The notes under the pieces are model-generated. The model saw only the letters and a list, made by a program, of their open reading frames with translations. It did no database searches and was not told where the DNA came from. A stretch of 64,000 nt of DNA from Eledone cirrhosa (Eukaryota): the NCBI GenBank assembly GCA_964016885.1, contig OZ024743.1:320602001-320666000 (forward strand), in the 5' to 3' direction. Both the position numbers and the translations under genes were made by a program. Positions 24,660-39,749 of the stretch are shown piece by piece; the first letter of the stretch is position 1; every line of letters begins with the position of its first letter.

Positions 24660-25890
24660 TCAAACACTCCTTCTAGCTAGTCCTGTCAGAAGCTACCGTC
24701 TCCAACTGATCCGGCTGGATCCCCAAGCGTGACCAGCCAAGCTCATGGATGTTATCTAACCATCTTAATCGGGATCTACCCCTGGGTTTCTGTCGCTTGG
24801 TTTTTGTCCGTAAAATATGTCCAGCGATTCTTACCTGAGACATTCTAACCACATGCCCATAGTATTGGAGCTGTGATCTCTACATTCGGAGAAGTAGCGG
24901 CTCTACATAGAATGAGTCTCAAATCCCCGTTACTCTAAATACCCATCAGAGGAATTCTATTTCTGCCACTTGTATTCGCGATCGTATTCTTCGGTCATTA
25001 CAAAAGATACATGACCATAGGTAAGTGTTGGCACGAAAGACTAATTGAAGATAGCGAGTTTGGCTTTTACGCCTACCTCCGTTCTGAATGATGCAGGTGG
25101 CGGATTACTATTCCAGCTTTTGCAATTCTTGCATTTAATTCAGCCTCCTGCCTTCCATCACTCGTGAACACGGCCCCGAGATACTTGAACTTCTCTACCT
25201 GCTTCAGTGAAACTCCATTCATATGTAGCGCGCAGTGTGCAGGCTTCCTTGAGTGGACGAGTGTCTCAGTTTTTGAAGAACTGATTTTCGTTCCAGCCAT
25301 GCAGCACTCGGCATCAAACCTATTATGTCGAACAGCTGCTGTCATGTGTGGGACGCATCCAATTTTCAGCCGAGTCCATCGTGAGGATCACACCGCCGCC
25401 TTCATTTAAGAACGAAGGAGAGACTGATTTCCTCTGTCTGGTGACTATGGCGAGAGAGGTAATACGGTGGACGAGGTTAAAAAGACTGAGAGCAAACACC
25501 TTTCTCTCCGGACAACAACTTATCCCCTACTTTAAGTATCACTTCAGAGGGAAGGTGAGAGTGGAGAGAGAGGTGTTACACCCCAGTAAATTCGCTGAAA
25601 GGTGGGTGAATGTGGCACAAATGCACCGAGTGAATGGGCCCTCTCTCTATATAAACCTGTAGGTTGACTAAGATAAACAGAGGGAAGACAGGAACACCTA
25701 CAAAACGTGTTCTTGGTGTTGAGGGTTGTTCTATCCACGGGGTGTAAAACAACCCTGCAGTAACGTTCCCCCTACTGGGGATTTCAATTGTTATATTATT
25801 ATATATAGTTTATTGTTATTTATTAATGTTAAAGTTATTTTTATGTAAAACCCCCGCCGTTACGTCCTGTAATGTCCCATTTGTGTACGC
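24660..25890. mobile_element. Chimeric LINE block present in nine array units: RTE 3' fragment (-) at ~24660-25345 joined to a Tx1/L1-like 3' end (+) at ~25346-25890
   Basis: RTE motif KQVEKFKYLGAVFTSDG on -; AREVIWWTR...FKYHFRRKVRVERE...FAERW on +; repeated at ~27.75, 30.8, 33.9, 37.0, 40.0, 43.0, 46.0 and 49.0 kb. Confidence 0.8.
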
Positions 25891-26955
25891 CCCTCTGGCA
25901 ATTAAAGAAAGATATCTATCTATCTATATATCTATCTACTTCTCTCTTATATTCTTTGGAAGAAACCAGCTGTATTCAAACTTGGAGAGGTGATGGGCGC
26001 TGCCTGTGATAAAATATCACAAACACGTTATATGTCAAGACAATGCCTTTATGACACCATCAGCTATTGACGGCTATACATATATACAACCATATCACGT
26101 TAATGATAATTTAGGATAGAAACGTTAGATAATTTATTATAACCTTATTACATAAAATATAAGATTATTACAGATTAACTAACATTTCTAATTAGTTAAT
26201 CAGGCTATACATTGCATTTACCCTGTTACGTAAATTAAATTAGCCGACTCTTATTTGCGTTTTTGATTGATAAATGCTGCTTCTCATTCCATGGACAGAT
26301 TTCGGGCATTGTGTACTAGATAAAACGTCTGTAAAAACTCGAAACAAGTCAGATCGATCTAATAATTTCTGACTACAAAGAGATTTGAACTATGGTAAGC
26401 CATTTTCTTTACTTTTCATAACAGACCTAAAATAGTATCTTTGTTAACTTATATATGTATATAACTTATATTTCGAATGATAAAATCTTTGCAGGGAACA
26501 AATAAATACAGACATAAATGTCGTATTACTGATAGAAATGATTGAAATGTAAACAATGGTAAAGTTTTCAAAAACAAAAACTAACTTTAAATCAACTATG
26601 ATACAGAAGATCATAAGAGAAGCTATATATTTTCATACGAGTGTCATTAAATAGTATACCAACAGCAACAACAACAACAAAAAACGAATAAAACTAAGAG
26701 GAAATACATTTGAAATACGATGTTTTCACTTTTTAATTATTTCAAATGTCTATATTTAGAAAATGAAAATGTTTATTGAAAGTTTAAAAGAAAAACATTT
26801 GAGCAACATCTAAAATAAGTGTATATATTTGTATTTTTTCGCTGGTAGCCGTCAGGGGACTGCAGTCATGCAGTGACATAATATTTAAGGTTCGTTTAGT
26901 CTATTGTGACCAGTCCACTAATTTGATTGGACTTTCATTCCACACAATTCCAACC

Positions 26956-27051
<96 letters not shown>

Positions 27052-27410
27052 AGGGAGAAAAAGACGATTATTAGGAAGAAAAGTATATTTTTTTCCTTTA
27101 TATATATATATATAGTGTAAGATAGTAATATGCACGTAAAGAAGAGAAGAAACCCCTCATTAGCTGTTAACTGCGATCATAGATGTTTCGGCACTTATAA
27201 CAGTACATCGAAATCGATCAGCAGCTCGCCCATAGCTTTGTATCGATCAAAAGGCCGCCGTGGGGGAAAGAAAAGAAAAATAGTGAAGAGAGAGGAAGAA
27301 AGAGAAAAAGGAAACAGGAAAAAAAGAAGTAAACAAAGCGAGTGATGTATAGTTAATGTTTGATATATCAAAGAGAATAATATTGATATCAAAATGTAAT
27401 ATTTTCTCAC

Positions 27411-27521
27411 CTCCAGAACAATCTTTCCCTGTAAATCCATTCAGACATTTACATGTGTAAGATAAACCATTCGGTTGGCAACTTCCTCCATTTTTACATG
27501 GCTTCTTGAAACATGGATCAA
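27411..27521 (-). CDS. EGF exon copy 9 (NGLSY, LNG)
   Basis: Intact splice sites, 111 nt. Confidence 0.9.
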
Positions 27522-30047
27522 CTGTAAAATCAAATTTATGTAATGAAAGATTTGCTTTGATGATTTGTGTTCGAATTTCTGTTTAAGATGATGTTGAATA
27601 TTTAAGATACATAAGCTGAACAGCATATCTGTAGGATTGATGTTATGTGCATGTATATGTAATAATATTTAAGTTATACAGATAAACATATATATAATAG
27701 CAAGTATACATGGTCATGTTGTTTACAACGAGGATTTTAACTCTAAACAGTGCTCAAACACTCTTTTCAGCAGTTCCTGTCAGAAGCTACCTGTCTCTAA
27801 ATGATCCGGCTGGATCCCCAAGCCTTACCAGCCAGCTCATGGATGTTATCTAACCATCTTGCTCGGGATCTACCCCTGGGTTTCTGCCGCTTGGTTTTGT
27901 CCGTAAAGTATGTCCAGCAATTCTTACCTGACACATTCTAACCACATGCCCACAGTATCGGAGCTGTGATCTCTACATTCGGAGAAGTAGCGGCTCTACA
28001 TAGAATGAGTCTCAAATCCCCGTTACTCTAAATACCCATCAGAGGAATTCTATTTCTGCCACTTGTATTCGCGATCGTATTCTTCGGTCATTACAAAAGA
28101 TACATGACCATAGGTAAGGGTTGGCAGGAAAAATTAATTAAAGATAGCGAGATTGGCTTTTACGCCTACCTCCCTTCTGAATGCTGCAGGTGGCGAATTA
28201 CTACTCCAGCTTTTGCAACTCTTGCATTTAATTCAGCCTCCTGCCTTCCATCACTCGTGAACACGGCCCCGAGATACTTGAACTTCTCTACCTGCTTCAG
28301 TGAAACTACATTCATATGTAGCGTGCAGTGTTCAGGCTTTCTTGAGTGGACGAGTGTCTCAGTTTTTGAAGCACTGATTTTCATTCCAGCCATGCAGCAC
28401 TCGGCATCAAACCTATTATGTCGAACAGCTGCTGTCATGTGTGGGACGCATCCAGTTGTCAGCCGGGTCCATCGTGAGGATCACCCTGCCGCCTTCATTT
28501 AAGAACGAAGGAGAGACGGTTTTTCTCTGTCTGGTGGCTATGGCGAGAGAGGTAATATGGTGGACGATGTTAAAAAGACTGAGGGCAAACACCTTTCTCT
28601 CCGGACAACAACTTATCCCCTTCTTTAAGTATCACTTCAGAAGGAAGCTGAGAGTGAAGAGAGAGGTGTTACATCCCAGTAAATTCGCTGAAAGGTGGGT
28701 GAATGTGGCAAAAATGCACCGTGTGAATGGGCCCTCTCTCTATATAAACCTGTAGGTTGACTAAGATAAACAGAAGGAAGACAGGAACACCTACAAAACG
28801 TGTTCCCGGTGTTGAGGTTTGTTCTATCCACGGGGTGTAAAACGACCCTGCAGTAACGTTCCCCCCTACTGGGGATTTCAATTGTTATATTATTATATAT
28901 AGTTTATTGTTATTTATTAATGTTAAAGTTATTTTTATGTAAAACCCCTCCGTTACGTCTTGTAATGTCCCATTTTTGTACGCCCCTCTGGTAATTAAAG
29001 AAAGATATCTATCTATCTATATATCTATCTACTTTTCTCTTATATTCTTTGGAAGAAACCAGCTGTATTCAAACTTGGAGAGGTGATGGGCGCTGCCTGT
29101 GATAAAATATCACAATCACGTTATATGTCTAGACAATGCCTTTATGACACCATCAGCTATTGACGGCTATACATATATACAACCATATCACGTTAATGAT
29201 AATTTAGGATAGAAATGTTAGATAATTTATTATAACCTTATTACATAAAATATAAGATTATTACAGATTAACTAACATTTCTAATTAGTTAATCAGGCTA
29301 TACATTGCATTTACCCTGTTACGTAAAGTAAATTAGCCGACTCTTATTTGCGTTTTTGATTGATAAATGCTGCTTCTCATTCCATGGACAGATTTCGGGC
29401 ATTGTGTACTAGATAAAACGTCTGTAAAAACTCGAAACAAGTCAGATCGATCTAATAATTTCTGACTACAAAGAGATTTGAACTATGGTCAGCCATTTTC
29501 TTTACTTTTCATAACAGACCTAAAATAGTATCTTTGTTAACTTATATATGTATATAACTTATATTTCGAACGATAAAATCTTTGCAGGGAACAAATAAAT
29601 ACAGACCTGAATGTCGTATTGCTGATAGAAATGATTGAAATGTAAACAATGGTAAAGTTTTCAAAAACAAAAACGAACTTTAAATCAACTATGATACAGA
29701 AGATCATAAGAGAAGCTATATATTTTCATACGAGTGTCATTAAATAGTATACCAACAGCAACAACAACAACAAAAACGAATAAAACTAAGAGGAAATATA
29801 TTTGAAATACGATGTTTTCAGTTTTTAAATATTTCAAAATGTCTATATTTAGAAAATGAAAATGTTTATTGAAAGTTTAAAAGAAAAACATTTGAGCAAC
29901 ATCTAAAATAAGTGTATATATTTGTATTTCTTCGCTGGTAGCCGTCAGGGGGCTGCAGTCATGCTGTGACATAATATTTAAGGTTCGTTTAGTCTATCGT
30001 GACCAGACCACTAATTTGATTGGACTTTCATTCCACACAATCCCCCC

Positions 30048-30104
<57 letters not shown>

Positions 30105-30466
30105 AACAGGGAGAAAAAGACGATTATTAGGAAGAAAAGTATATTTTTTTCCTTTATATATATATATATAGTGTAAGATAGTAATATGGACGTAAAGAAG
30201 AGAAGAAACCCCTCATCAGCTGTTAACTGCGATCATAGATGTTTCGCCACTTAAAACAGTACATCGAAATCAATCAGCAGCGCGCCCATAGCTTTTTATC
30301 GATCAAAAGGCCGCCGTGAGGGAAAGAAAAGAAAAATAGTGAAGAGAGAGGAAGAAAGAGAAAAAGGAAATAGGAAAAAAAGAAGTAAACAAAGCGAGTG
30401 ATGTTTAGCTAATATTTGATATATCAAGGAGAATAATATTGATATCAAAATGTAATATTTTCTCAC

Positions 30467-30577
30467 CTCCAGAACAATCTTTCCCTGTAAATCCAGCCAG
30501 ACATTTACATGTGTAAGATAAACCATTCGGTTGGCAACTTCCTCCATTTTTACATGGCTTCTTGAAACATGGATCAA
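30467..30577 (-). CDS. EGF exon copy 8 (NGLSY, LAG)
   Basis: Intact splice sites, 111 nt. Confidence 0.9.
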
Positions 30578-33106
30578 CTGTAAAATCAAATTTATGTAAT
30601 GAAAGATTTGCTTTGATGATTTGTGTTCGAATTTCTGTTTAAGATGATGTTGAATATTTAAGATACATAAGCTGAACAGCATATCTATAGGATTGATGTT
30701 ATGTGCATGTATATGTAATAATATTTAAGTTATACAGATAAACATATATATAATAGCAAGTATACATGGTCATGTTTGTTTATAACGAGGATTTTAACTC
30801 TAAACAGTGCTCAAACACTCCTTCCAGCAGTACCTGTCAGAAGCTACCTGTCTCTAACTGATCCGGCTGGATCCCCAAGCCTGACCAGCCAAGCTCATGG
30901 ATGTTATCTAACCATCTTGCTCGGGATCTACCCCTGGGTTTCTGCCGCTTGGTTTTGTCCGTAAAGTATGTCCAGCGATTCTTACCTGAGACATTCTAAC
31001 CACATGCCCACAGTATCGGAGCTGTGATCTCTACATTCGGAGAAATAGCGGCTCTACATAGAATGAGTCTCAAATCCCCGTTACTCTAAATACCCATCAG
31101 AGGAATTCTATTTCTGCCACTTGTATTCGCAATTTGTATACTTCAGTCATTACAAAAGATACATGACCATAGGTAAAGGTTGGCAGGAAAAATTAATTAA
31201 AGATAGCGAGATTGGCTTTTACGCCTACATCCCTTCTGAATGCTGCAGGTGGCGGATTACTACTCCAGCTTTTGCAATTCTTGCATTTAATTCAGCCTCC
31301 TGCCTTCCATCACTCGAGAACACGGCCCCGAGATATTTGAACTTCTCTACCTGCTTCAGTGAAACTCCATTCATATGTAGCGTGCAGTGTTCAGGCTTTC
31401 TTGAGTGGACGAGTGTCTCAGTTTTTGAAGCACTGATTTTCATTCCAGCCATGCAGCACTCGGCATCAAACCTATTATGTCGAACAGCTGCTGTCATGTG
31501 TGGGACGCATCCAGTTGTCAGCCGAGTCCATCGTGAGGATCACCCCGCCGCCTTCATTTAAGAACGAAGGAGAGACGGTTTTTCTGTCTGGTGGCTATGG
31601 CGAGAGAGGTAATATGGTGGACGATGTTAAAAAGACTGAGGGCAAACACCTTTCTCTCCGGACAACAACTTATCCCATTCTTTAAGTATCACTTCAGAAG
31701 GAAGGTGAGAGTGGAGAGAGAGGTGTTACACCCCAGTAAATTCGCTGAAAGGTGGGTGAATGTGGCAAAAATGCACCGTGTGAATGGGCCCTCTCTCTAT
31801 ATAAACCTGTAGGTTGACTAAGATAAACAGAGGGAAGACAGGAACACCTACAAAACGTGTTCTTGGTGTTGAGGGTTGTTCTATCCACGGGGTGTAAAAC
31901 AACCCTGCAGTAACGTTCCCCCATACTGGGGATTTCATTTGATATATTATTGTATATAGTTTATTGTTATTTATTAATGTTAAAGTTATTTTTATGTAAA
32001 ACTCCCACCGTTACGTCTTGTAATGTCCCATTTTTGTACGCCCCTCTGGCAATTAAAGAAAGATATCTATCTATCTATATATCTATCTACTTCTCTCTTA
32101 TATTCTTTGGAAGAGACCAGCTGTATTCAAACTTGGAGAGGTGATGGGCGCTGCCTGTGATAAAGTATCACAAACACGTTATATGTCTAGACAATGCCTT
32201 TATGACACAATCAGCTATTGACGGCTATACATATATAGAACCATATCAAGTTAATGATAATTTTGGATAGAAATGTTAGATAATTTATTATAACCTTATT
32301 CCATAAAATATAAGATTATTACAGATTAACTAACATTTCTAATTAGTTAATCAGGCTATACATTGCATTTACCCTGTTATGTAATGTAAATTAGCCGACT
32401 CTTATTTGCGTTTTTGATTGATAAATGCTGCTTCTCATTCCATGGACAGATTTCGGGCATTGTGTACTAGATAAAACGTCTGTAAAAACTCGAAACAAGT
32501 CAGATCGATCTAATAATTTCTGACTACAAAGAGATTTGAACTATGGTCAGCCATTTTCTTTACTTTTCATAACAGACCTAAAATAGTATCTTTGTTAACT
32601 TATATATGTATATAACTTATATTTCGAATGATAAAATCTTTGCAGGGAACAAATAAATACAGACCTGAATGTCGTATTGCTGATAGAAATGATTGAAATG
32701 TAACCAATGGTAAAGTTTTCAAAAACAAAAACTAACTTTAAATCAACTATGATACAGAAGATCATAAGAGAAGCTATATATTTTCATACGAGTGTCATTA
32801 AATAGTATACCAACAGCAACAACAACAACAAAAACGAATAAAACTAAGAGGAAATACATTTGAAATACGATGTTTTCACTTTTTAAATATTTCAAAATGT
32901 CTATATTTAGAAAATGATAATGTTTATTGAAAGTTTAAAAGAAAAACATTTGAGCAACATCTAAAATAAGTGTATATATTTGTATTTTTTCGCTGGTAGC
33001 CGTCACGGGGCTGCAGTCATACTGTGACATAATATTTAAGGTTCGTTTAGTCTATTGTGACCAGTCCACTAATTTGATTGGACTTTCATTCCACACAATT
33101 CCAACC

Positions 33107-33229
<123 letters not shown>

Positions 33230-33591
33230 AACAGGGAGAAAAAGACGATTATTAGGAAGAAAAGTATATTTTTTTCCTTTATATATATATATATAGTGTA
33301 AGATAGTAATATGCACGTAAAGAAGAGAAGAAACCCCTCATTAGCTGTTAACTGCGATCATAGATGTTTCGGCACTTATAACAGTACATCGAAATCGATC
33401 AGCAGCTCGCCCATAGCTTTTTATCGATCAAAAGGCCGCCGTGAGGGAAAGAAAAGAAAAATAGTGAGGAGAGAGGAAGAAAGAGAAAAAGGAAATAAAA
33501 AAAAAAGAAGTAAACAAAGCGAGTGATGTATAGCTAATGTTTGATATATCAAGGAGAATAATATTGATATCAAAATGTAATATTTTCTCAC

Positions 33592-33702
33592 CTCCAGAAC
33601 AATCTTTCCCTGTAAATCCATTCAGACATTTACATGTGTAAGATAAACCATTCGGTTGGCAACTTCCTCCATTTTTACATGGCTTCTTGAAACATGGATC
33701 AA
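33592..33702 (-). CDS. EGF exon copy 7 (NGLSY, LNG)
   Basis: Intact splice sites, 111 nt. Confidence 0.9.
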
Positions 33703-36223
33703 CTGTAAAATCAAATTTATGTAATGAAAGATTTGCTTTGATGATTTGTGTTCGAATTTCTGTTTAAGATGATGTTGAATATTTAAGATACATAAGCTGA
33801 ACAGCATATCTGTAGGATTGATGTTATGTGCATGTATATGTAATAATATTTAAGTTATACAGATAAACATATATATAATAGCAAGTATACATGGTCATGT
33901 TGTTTACAACGAGGATTTTAACTCTAAACAGTGCTCAAACACTCTTTCCAGCAGTTCCTGTCAGAAGCTACCTGTCTCTAAATGATCCGGCTGGATCCCC
34001 AAGCCTTACCAGCCAGCTCATGGATGTTATCTAACCATCTTGCTCGGGATCTACCCCTGGGTTTCTGCCGCTTGGTTTTGTCCGTAAAGTATGTCCAGCG
34101 ATTCTTACCTGACACATTCTAACCACATGCCCACAGTATCGGAGCTGTGATCTCTACATTCGGAGAAGTAGCGGCTCTACATAGAATGAGTCTCAAATCC
34201 CCGTTACTCTAAATACCCATCAGAGGAATTCTATTTCTGCCACTTGTATTCGCGATCGTATTCTTCGGTCATTACAAAAGATACATGACCATAGGTAAGG
34301 GTTGGCAGGAAAAATTAATTAAAGATAGCGAGATTGGCTTTTACGCCTACATCCCTTCTGAATGCTGCAGGTGGCGAATTACTACTCCAGCTTTTGCAAT
34401 TCTTGCATTTAATTCAGCCTCCTGCCTTCCATCACTCGTGAACACGGCCCCGAGATACTTGAACTTCTCTACCTGCTTCAGTGAAACTCCATTCATATGT
34501 AGCGTGCAGTGTTCAGGCTTTCTTGAGTGGACGAGTGTCTCAGTTTTTGAAGCACTGATTTTCATTCTAGCCATGCAGCACTCGGCATCAAACCTATTAT
34601 GTCGAACAGCTGCTGTCATGTGTGGGACGCATCCAGTTGTCAGCCGGGTCCATCGTGAGGATCACCCTGCCGCCTTCATTTAAGAACGAAGGAGAGACGG
34701 TTTTTCTCTGTCTGGTGGCTATGGCGAGAGAGGTAATATGGTGGACGATGTTAAAAAGACTGAGGGCAAACACCTTTCTCTCCGGACAACAACTTATCCC
34801 CTTCTTTAAGTATCACTTCAGAAGGAAGGTGAGAGTGGAGAGAGAGGTGTTACACCCCAGTAAATTCGCTGAAAGGTGGGTGAATGTGGCACAAATGCAC
34901 CGAGTGAATGGGCCCTCTCTCTATATAAACCTGTAGGTTGACTAAGATAAACAGAAGGAAGACAGGAACACCTACAAAACGTGTTCCCGGTGTTGAGGTT
35001 TGTTCTATCCACGGGGTGTAAAACAACCCTGCAGTAACGTTCCCCCCTACTGGGGATTTCAATTGTTATATTATTATATATAGTTTATTGTTATTTATTA
35101 ATGTTAAAGTTATTTTTATGTAAAACCCCTCCGTTACGTCTTGTAATGTCCCATTTTTGTACGCCCCTCTGGCATTTAAAGAAAGATATCTATCTATCTA
35201 TATATCTATCTACTTTTCTCTTATATTCTTTGGAAGAAACCAGCTGTATTCAAACTTGGAGAGGTGATGGGCGCTGCCTGTGATAAAATATCACAATCAC
35301 GTTATATGTCTAGACAATGCCTTTATGACACCATCAGCTATTGACGGCTATACATATATACAACCATATCAAGTTAATGATAATTTAGGATAGAAACGTT
35401 AGATAATTTATTATAACATTATTACTTAAAATATAAGATTATTACAAATTAACTAACATTTCTAATTAGTTAATCAGGCTATACATTGCATTTACCCTGT
35501 TATGTAATGTAAATTAGCCGACTCTTATTTGCGTTTTTGATTGATAAATGCTGCTTCTCATTCCATGGACAGATTTCGGGCATTGTGTACTAGATAAAAC
35601 GTCTGTAAAAACTCGAAACAAGTCAGATCGATCTAATAATTTCTGACTACAAAGAGATTTGAACTATGGTCAGCCATTTTCTTTACTTTTCATAACAGAC
35701 CTAAAATAGTATCTTTGTTAACTTATATATGTATATAACTTATATTTCGAACGATAAAATCTTTGCAGGGAACAAATAAATACAGACCTGAATGTCGTAT
35801 TGCTGATAGAAATGATTGAAATGTAAACAATGGTAAAGTTTTCAAAAACAAAAACGAACTTTAAATCAACTATGATACAGAAGATCATAAGAGAAGCTAT
35901 ATATTTTCATACGAGTGTCATTAAATAGTATACCAACAGCAACAACAACAACAAAAACGAATAAAACTAAGAGGAAATATATTTGAAATACGATGTTTTC
36001 AGTTTTTAAATATTTCAAAATGTCTATATTTAGAAAATGAAAATGTTTATTGAAAGTTTAAAAGAAAAACATTTGAGCAACATCTAAAATAAGTGTATAT
36101 ATTTGTATTTCTTCGCTGGTAGCCGTCAGGGGGCTGCAGTCATGCTGTCACATAATATTTAAGGTTCGTTTAGTCTATCGTGACCAGACCACTAATTTGA
36201 TTGGACTTTCATTCCACACAATC

Positions 36224-36289
<66 letters not shown>

Positions 36290-36648
36290 AGGGAGAAAAA
36301 GACGATTATTAGGAAGAAAAGTATATTTTTTTCCTTTATATATATATATATAGTGTAAGATAGTAATATGGACGTAAAGAAGAGAAGAAACCCCTCATCA
36401 GCTGTTAAATGCGATCATAGATGTTTCGGCACTTAAAACAGTACATCGAAATCAATCAGCAGCGCGCCCATAGCTTTTTATCGATCAAAAGGCCGCCGTG
36501 TGGGAAAGAAAAGAAAAATAGTGAAGAGAGAGGAAGAAAGAGAAAAAGGAAATAGGAAAAAAAGAAGTAAACAAAGCGAGTGATGTTTAGCTAATATTTG
36601 ATATATCAAGGAGAATAATATTGATATCAAAATCTAATATTTTCTCAC

Positions 36649-36759
36649 CTCCAGAACAATCTTTCCCTGTAAATCCAGCCAGACATTTACATGTGTAAGA
36701 TGAACCATTCGGTTGGCAACTTCCTCCATTTTTACATGGCTTCTTGAAACATGGATCAA
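36649..36759 (-). CDS. EGF exon copy 6 (NGSSY, LAG)
   Basis: Intact splice sites, 111 nt. Confidence 0.9.
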
Positions 36760-39291
36760 CTGTAAAATCAAATTTATGTAATGAAAGATTTGCTTTGATG
36801 ATTTGTGTTCGAATTTCTGTTTAAGATGATGTTGAATATTTAAGATACATAAGCTGAACAGCATATCTATAGGATTGATGTTATGTGCATGTATATGTAA
36901 TAATATTTAAGTTATACAGATAAACATATATATAATAGCAAGTATACATGGTCATGTTTGTTTACAACGAGGATTTTAACACTAAACAGTGCTCAAACAC
37001 TCCTTCCAGCAGTACCTGTCAGAAGCTACCTGTCTCTAACTGATCCGGCTGGATCCCCAAGCCTGACCAGCCAAGCTCATGGATGTTATCTAACCATCTT
37101 GCTCGGGATCTACCCCTGGGTTTCTGCCGCTTGGTTTTGTCCGTAAAGTATGTCCAGCGATTCTTACCTGAGACATCTAACCACATGCCCACAGTATCGG
37201 AGCTGTGATCTCTACATTCGGAGAAGTAGCGGCTCTACATAGAATGAGTCTCAAATCCCCGTTACTCTAAATACCCATCAGAGGAATTCTATTTCTGCCA
37301 CTTGTATTCGCAATTTGTATACTTCGGTCATTACAAAAGATACATGACCATAGGTAAGGGTTAGCAGGAAAAATTAATTAAAGATAGCGAGATTGGCTTT
37401 TACGCCTACATCCCTTCTGAATGCTGCAGTTGGCGGATTACTACTCCAGCTTTTGCAATTCTTGCATTTAATTCAGCCTCCTGCCTTCCATCACTCGAGA
37501 ACACGGCCCCGAGATATTTGAACTTCTCTACCTGCTTCAGTGAAACTCCATTCATATGTAGCGTGCAGTGTTCAGGCTTTCTTGAGTGGACGAGTGTCTC
37601 AGTTTTTGAAGCACTGATTTTCATTCCAGCCATGCAGCACTCGGCATCAAACGTATTATGTCGAACAGCTGCTGTCATGTGTGGGACGCATCCAGTTGTC
37701 AGCCGAGTCCATCGTGAGGATCACCCCGCCGCCTTCATTTAAGAACGAAGGAGAGACGGTTTTTCTGTCTGGTGGCTATGGCGAGAGAGGTAATATGGTG
37801 GACGATGTTAAAAAGACTGAGGGCAAACACCTTTCTCTCCGGACAACAACTTATCCCCTTATTTAAGTATCACTTCAGAAGGAAGGTGAGAGAGGAGAGA
37901 GAGGTGTTACACCCCAGTAAATTCGCTGAAAGGTGGGTGAATGTGGCAAAAATGCACCGTGTGAATGGGCCCTCTCTCTATATAAACCTGCAGGTTGACT
38001 AAGATAAACAGAGGGAAGACAGGAACACCTACAAAACGTGTTCTTGGTGTTGAGGGTTGTTCTATCCACGGGGTGTAAAACAACCCTGCAGTAACGTTCC
38101 GCCATACTGGGGATTTCAATTGATATATTATTATATATAGTTTATTGTTATTTATTAATGTTAAAGTTATTTTTATGTAAAACCCCCGCCGTTACGTCTT
38201 GTAATGTCCCATTTTTGTACGCCCCTCTGGCAATTAAAGAAAGATATCTATCTATCTATATATCTATCTACTTCTCTCTTATATTCTTTGGAAGAAACCA
38301 GCTGTATTCAAACTTGGAGAGGTGATGGGCGTTGCCTGTGATAAAATATCACAAACACGTTATATGTCAAGACAATGCCTTTATGACACCATCAGCTATT
38401 GACGGCTATACATATATACAACCATATCAAGTTAATGATAATTTTGGATAGAAATGTTAGATAATTTATTATAACCTTATTACATAAAATATAAGATTAT
38501 TACAGATTAACTAACATTTCTAATTAGTTAATCAGGCTATACATTGCATTTACCCTGTTATGTAATGTAAATTAGCCGACTCTTATTTGCGTCTTTGATT
38601 GATATATGCTGCTTCTCATTCCATGGACAGATTTCGCGCATTGTGTACTAGATAAAACGTCTGTAAAAACTCGAAACAAGTCAGATCGATCTAATAATTT
38701 CTGACTACAAAGAGATTTGAACTATGGTAAGCCATTTTCTTTACTTTTCATAACAGACCTAAAATAGTATCTTTGTTAACTTATATATGTATATAACTTA
38801 TATTTCGAATGATAAAATCTTTGCAGAGAACAAATAAATACAGACCTGAATGTCGTATTGCTGATAGAAATGATTGAAATGTAACCAATGGTAAAGTTTT
38901 CAAAAACAAAAACTAACTTTAAATCAACTATGATACAGAAGATCATAAGAGAAGCTATATATTTTCATACGAGTGTCATTAAATAGTATACCAACAGCAA
39001 CAACAACAACAAAAACGAATAAAACTAAGAGGAAATACATTTGAAATACGATGTTTTCACTTTTTAAATATTTCAAAATGTCTATATTTAGAAAATGAAA
39101 ATGTTTATTGAAAGTTTAAAAGAAAAACATTTGAGCAACATCTAAAATAAGTGTATATATTTGTATTTTTTCGCTGGTAGCCGTCAGGGGGCTGCAGTCA
39201 TGCTGTGACATAATATTTAAGGTTCGTTTAGTCTATTGTGACCAGTCCACTAATTTGATTGGACTTTCATTCCACACAATTCCAACCACCC

Positions 39292-39345
<54 letters not shown>

Positions 39346-39638
39346 TAAGATAGTAATATGCACGTAAAGAAGAGAAGAAACCCCTCATTAGCTGTTAACT
39401 GCGATCATAGATGTTTCGGCACTTATAACAGTACATCGAAATCGATCAGCAGCTCGCCCATAGCTTTTTATCGATCAAAAGGCCGCCGTGAGGGAAAGAA
39501 AAGAAAAATAGTGAAGAGAGAGGAAGAAAGAGAAAAAGGAAATAGGAAAAAAAGTAGTAAACAAAGCGAGTGATATATAGCTAATGTTTGATATATCAAG
39601 GAGAATAATATTGATATCAAAATGTAATATTTTCTCAC

Positions 39639-39749
39639 CTCCAGAACAATCTTTCCCTGTAAATCCATTCAGACATTTACATGTGTAAGATAAACCATTC
39701 GGTTGGCAACTTCCTCCATTTTTACATGGCTTCTTGAAACATGGATCAA
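39639..39749 (-). CDS. EGF exon copy 5 (NGLSY, LNG)
   Basis: Intact splice sites, 111 nt. Confidence 0.9.
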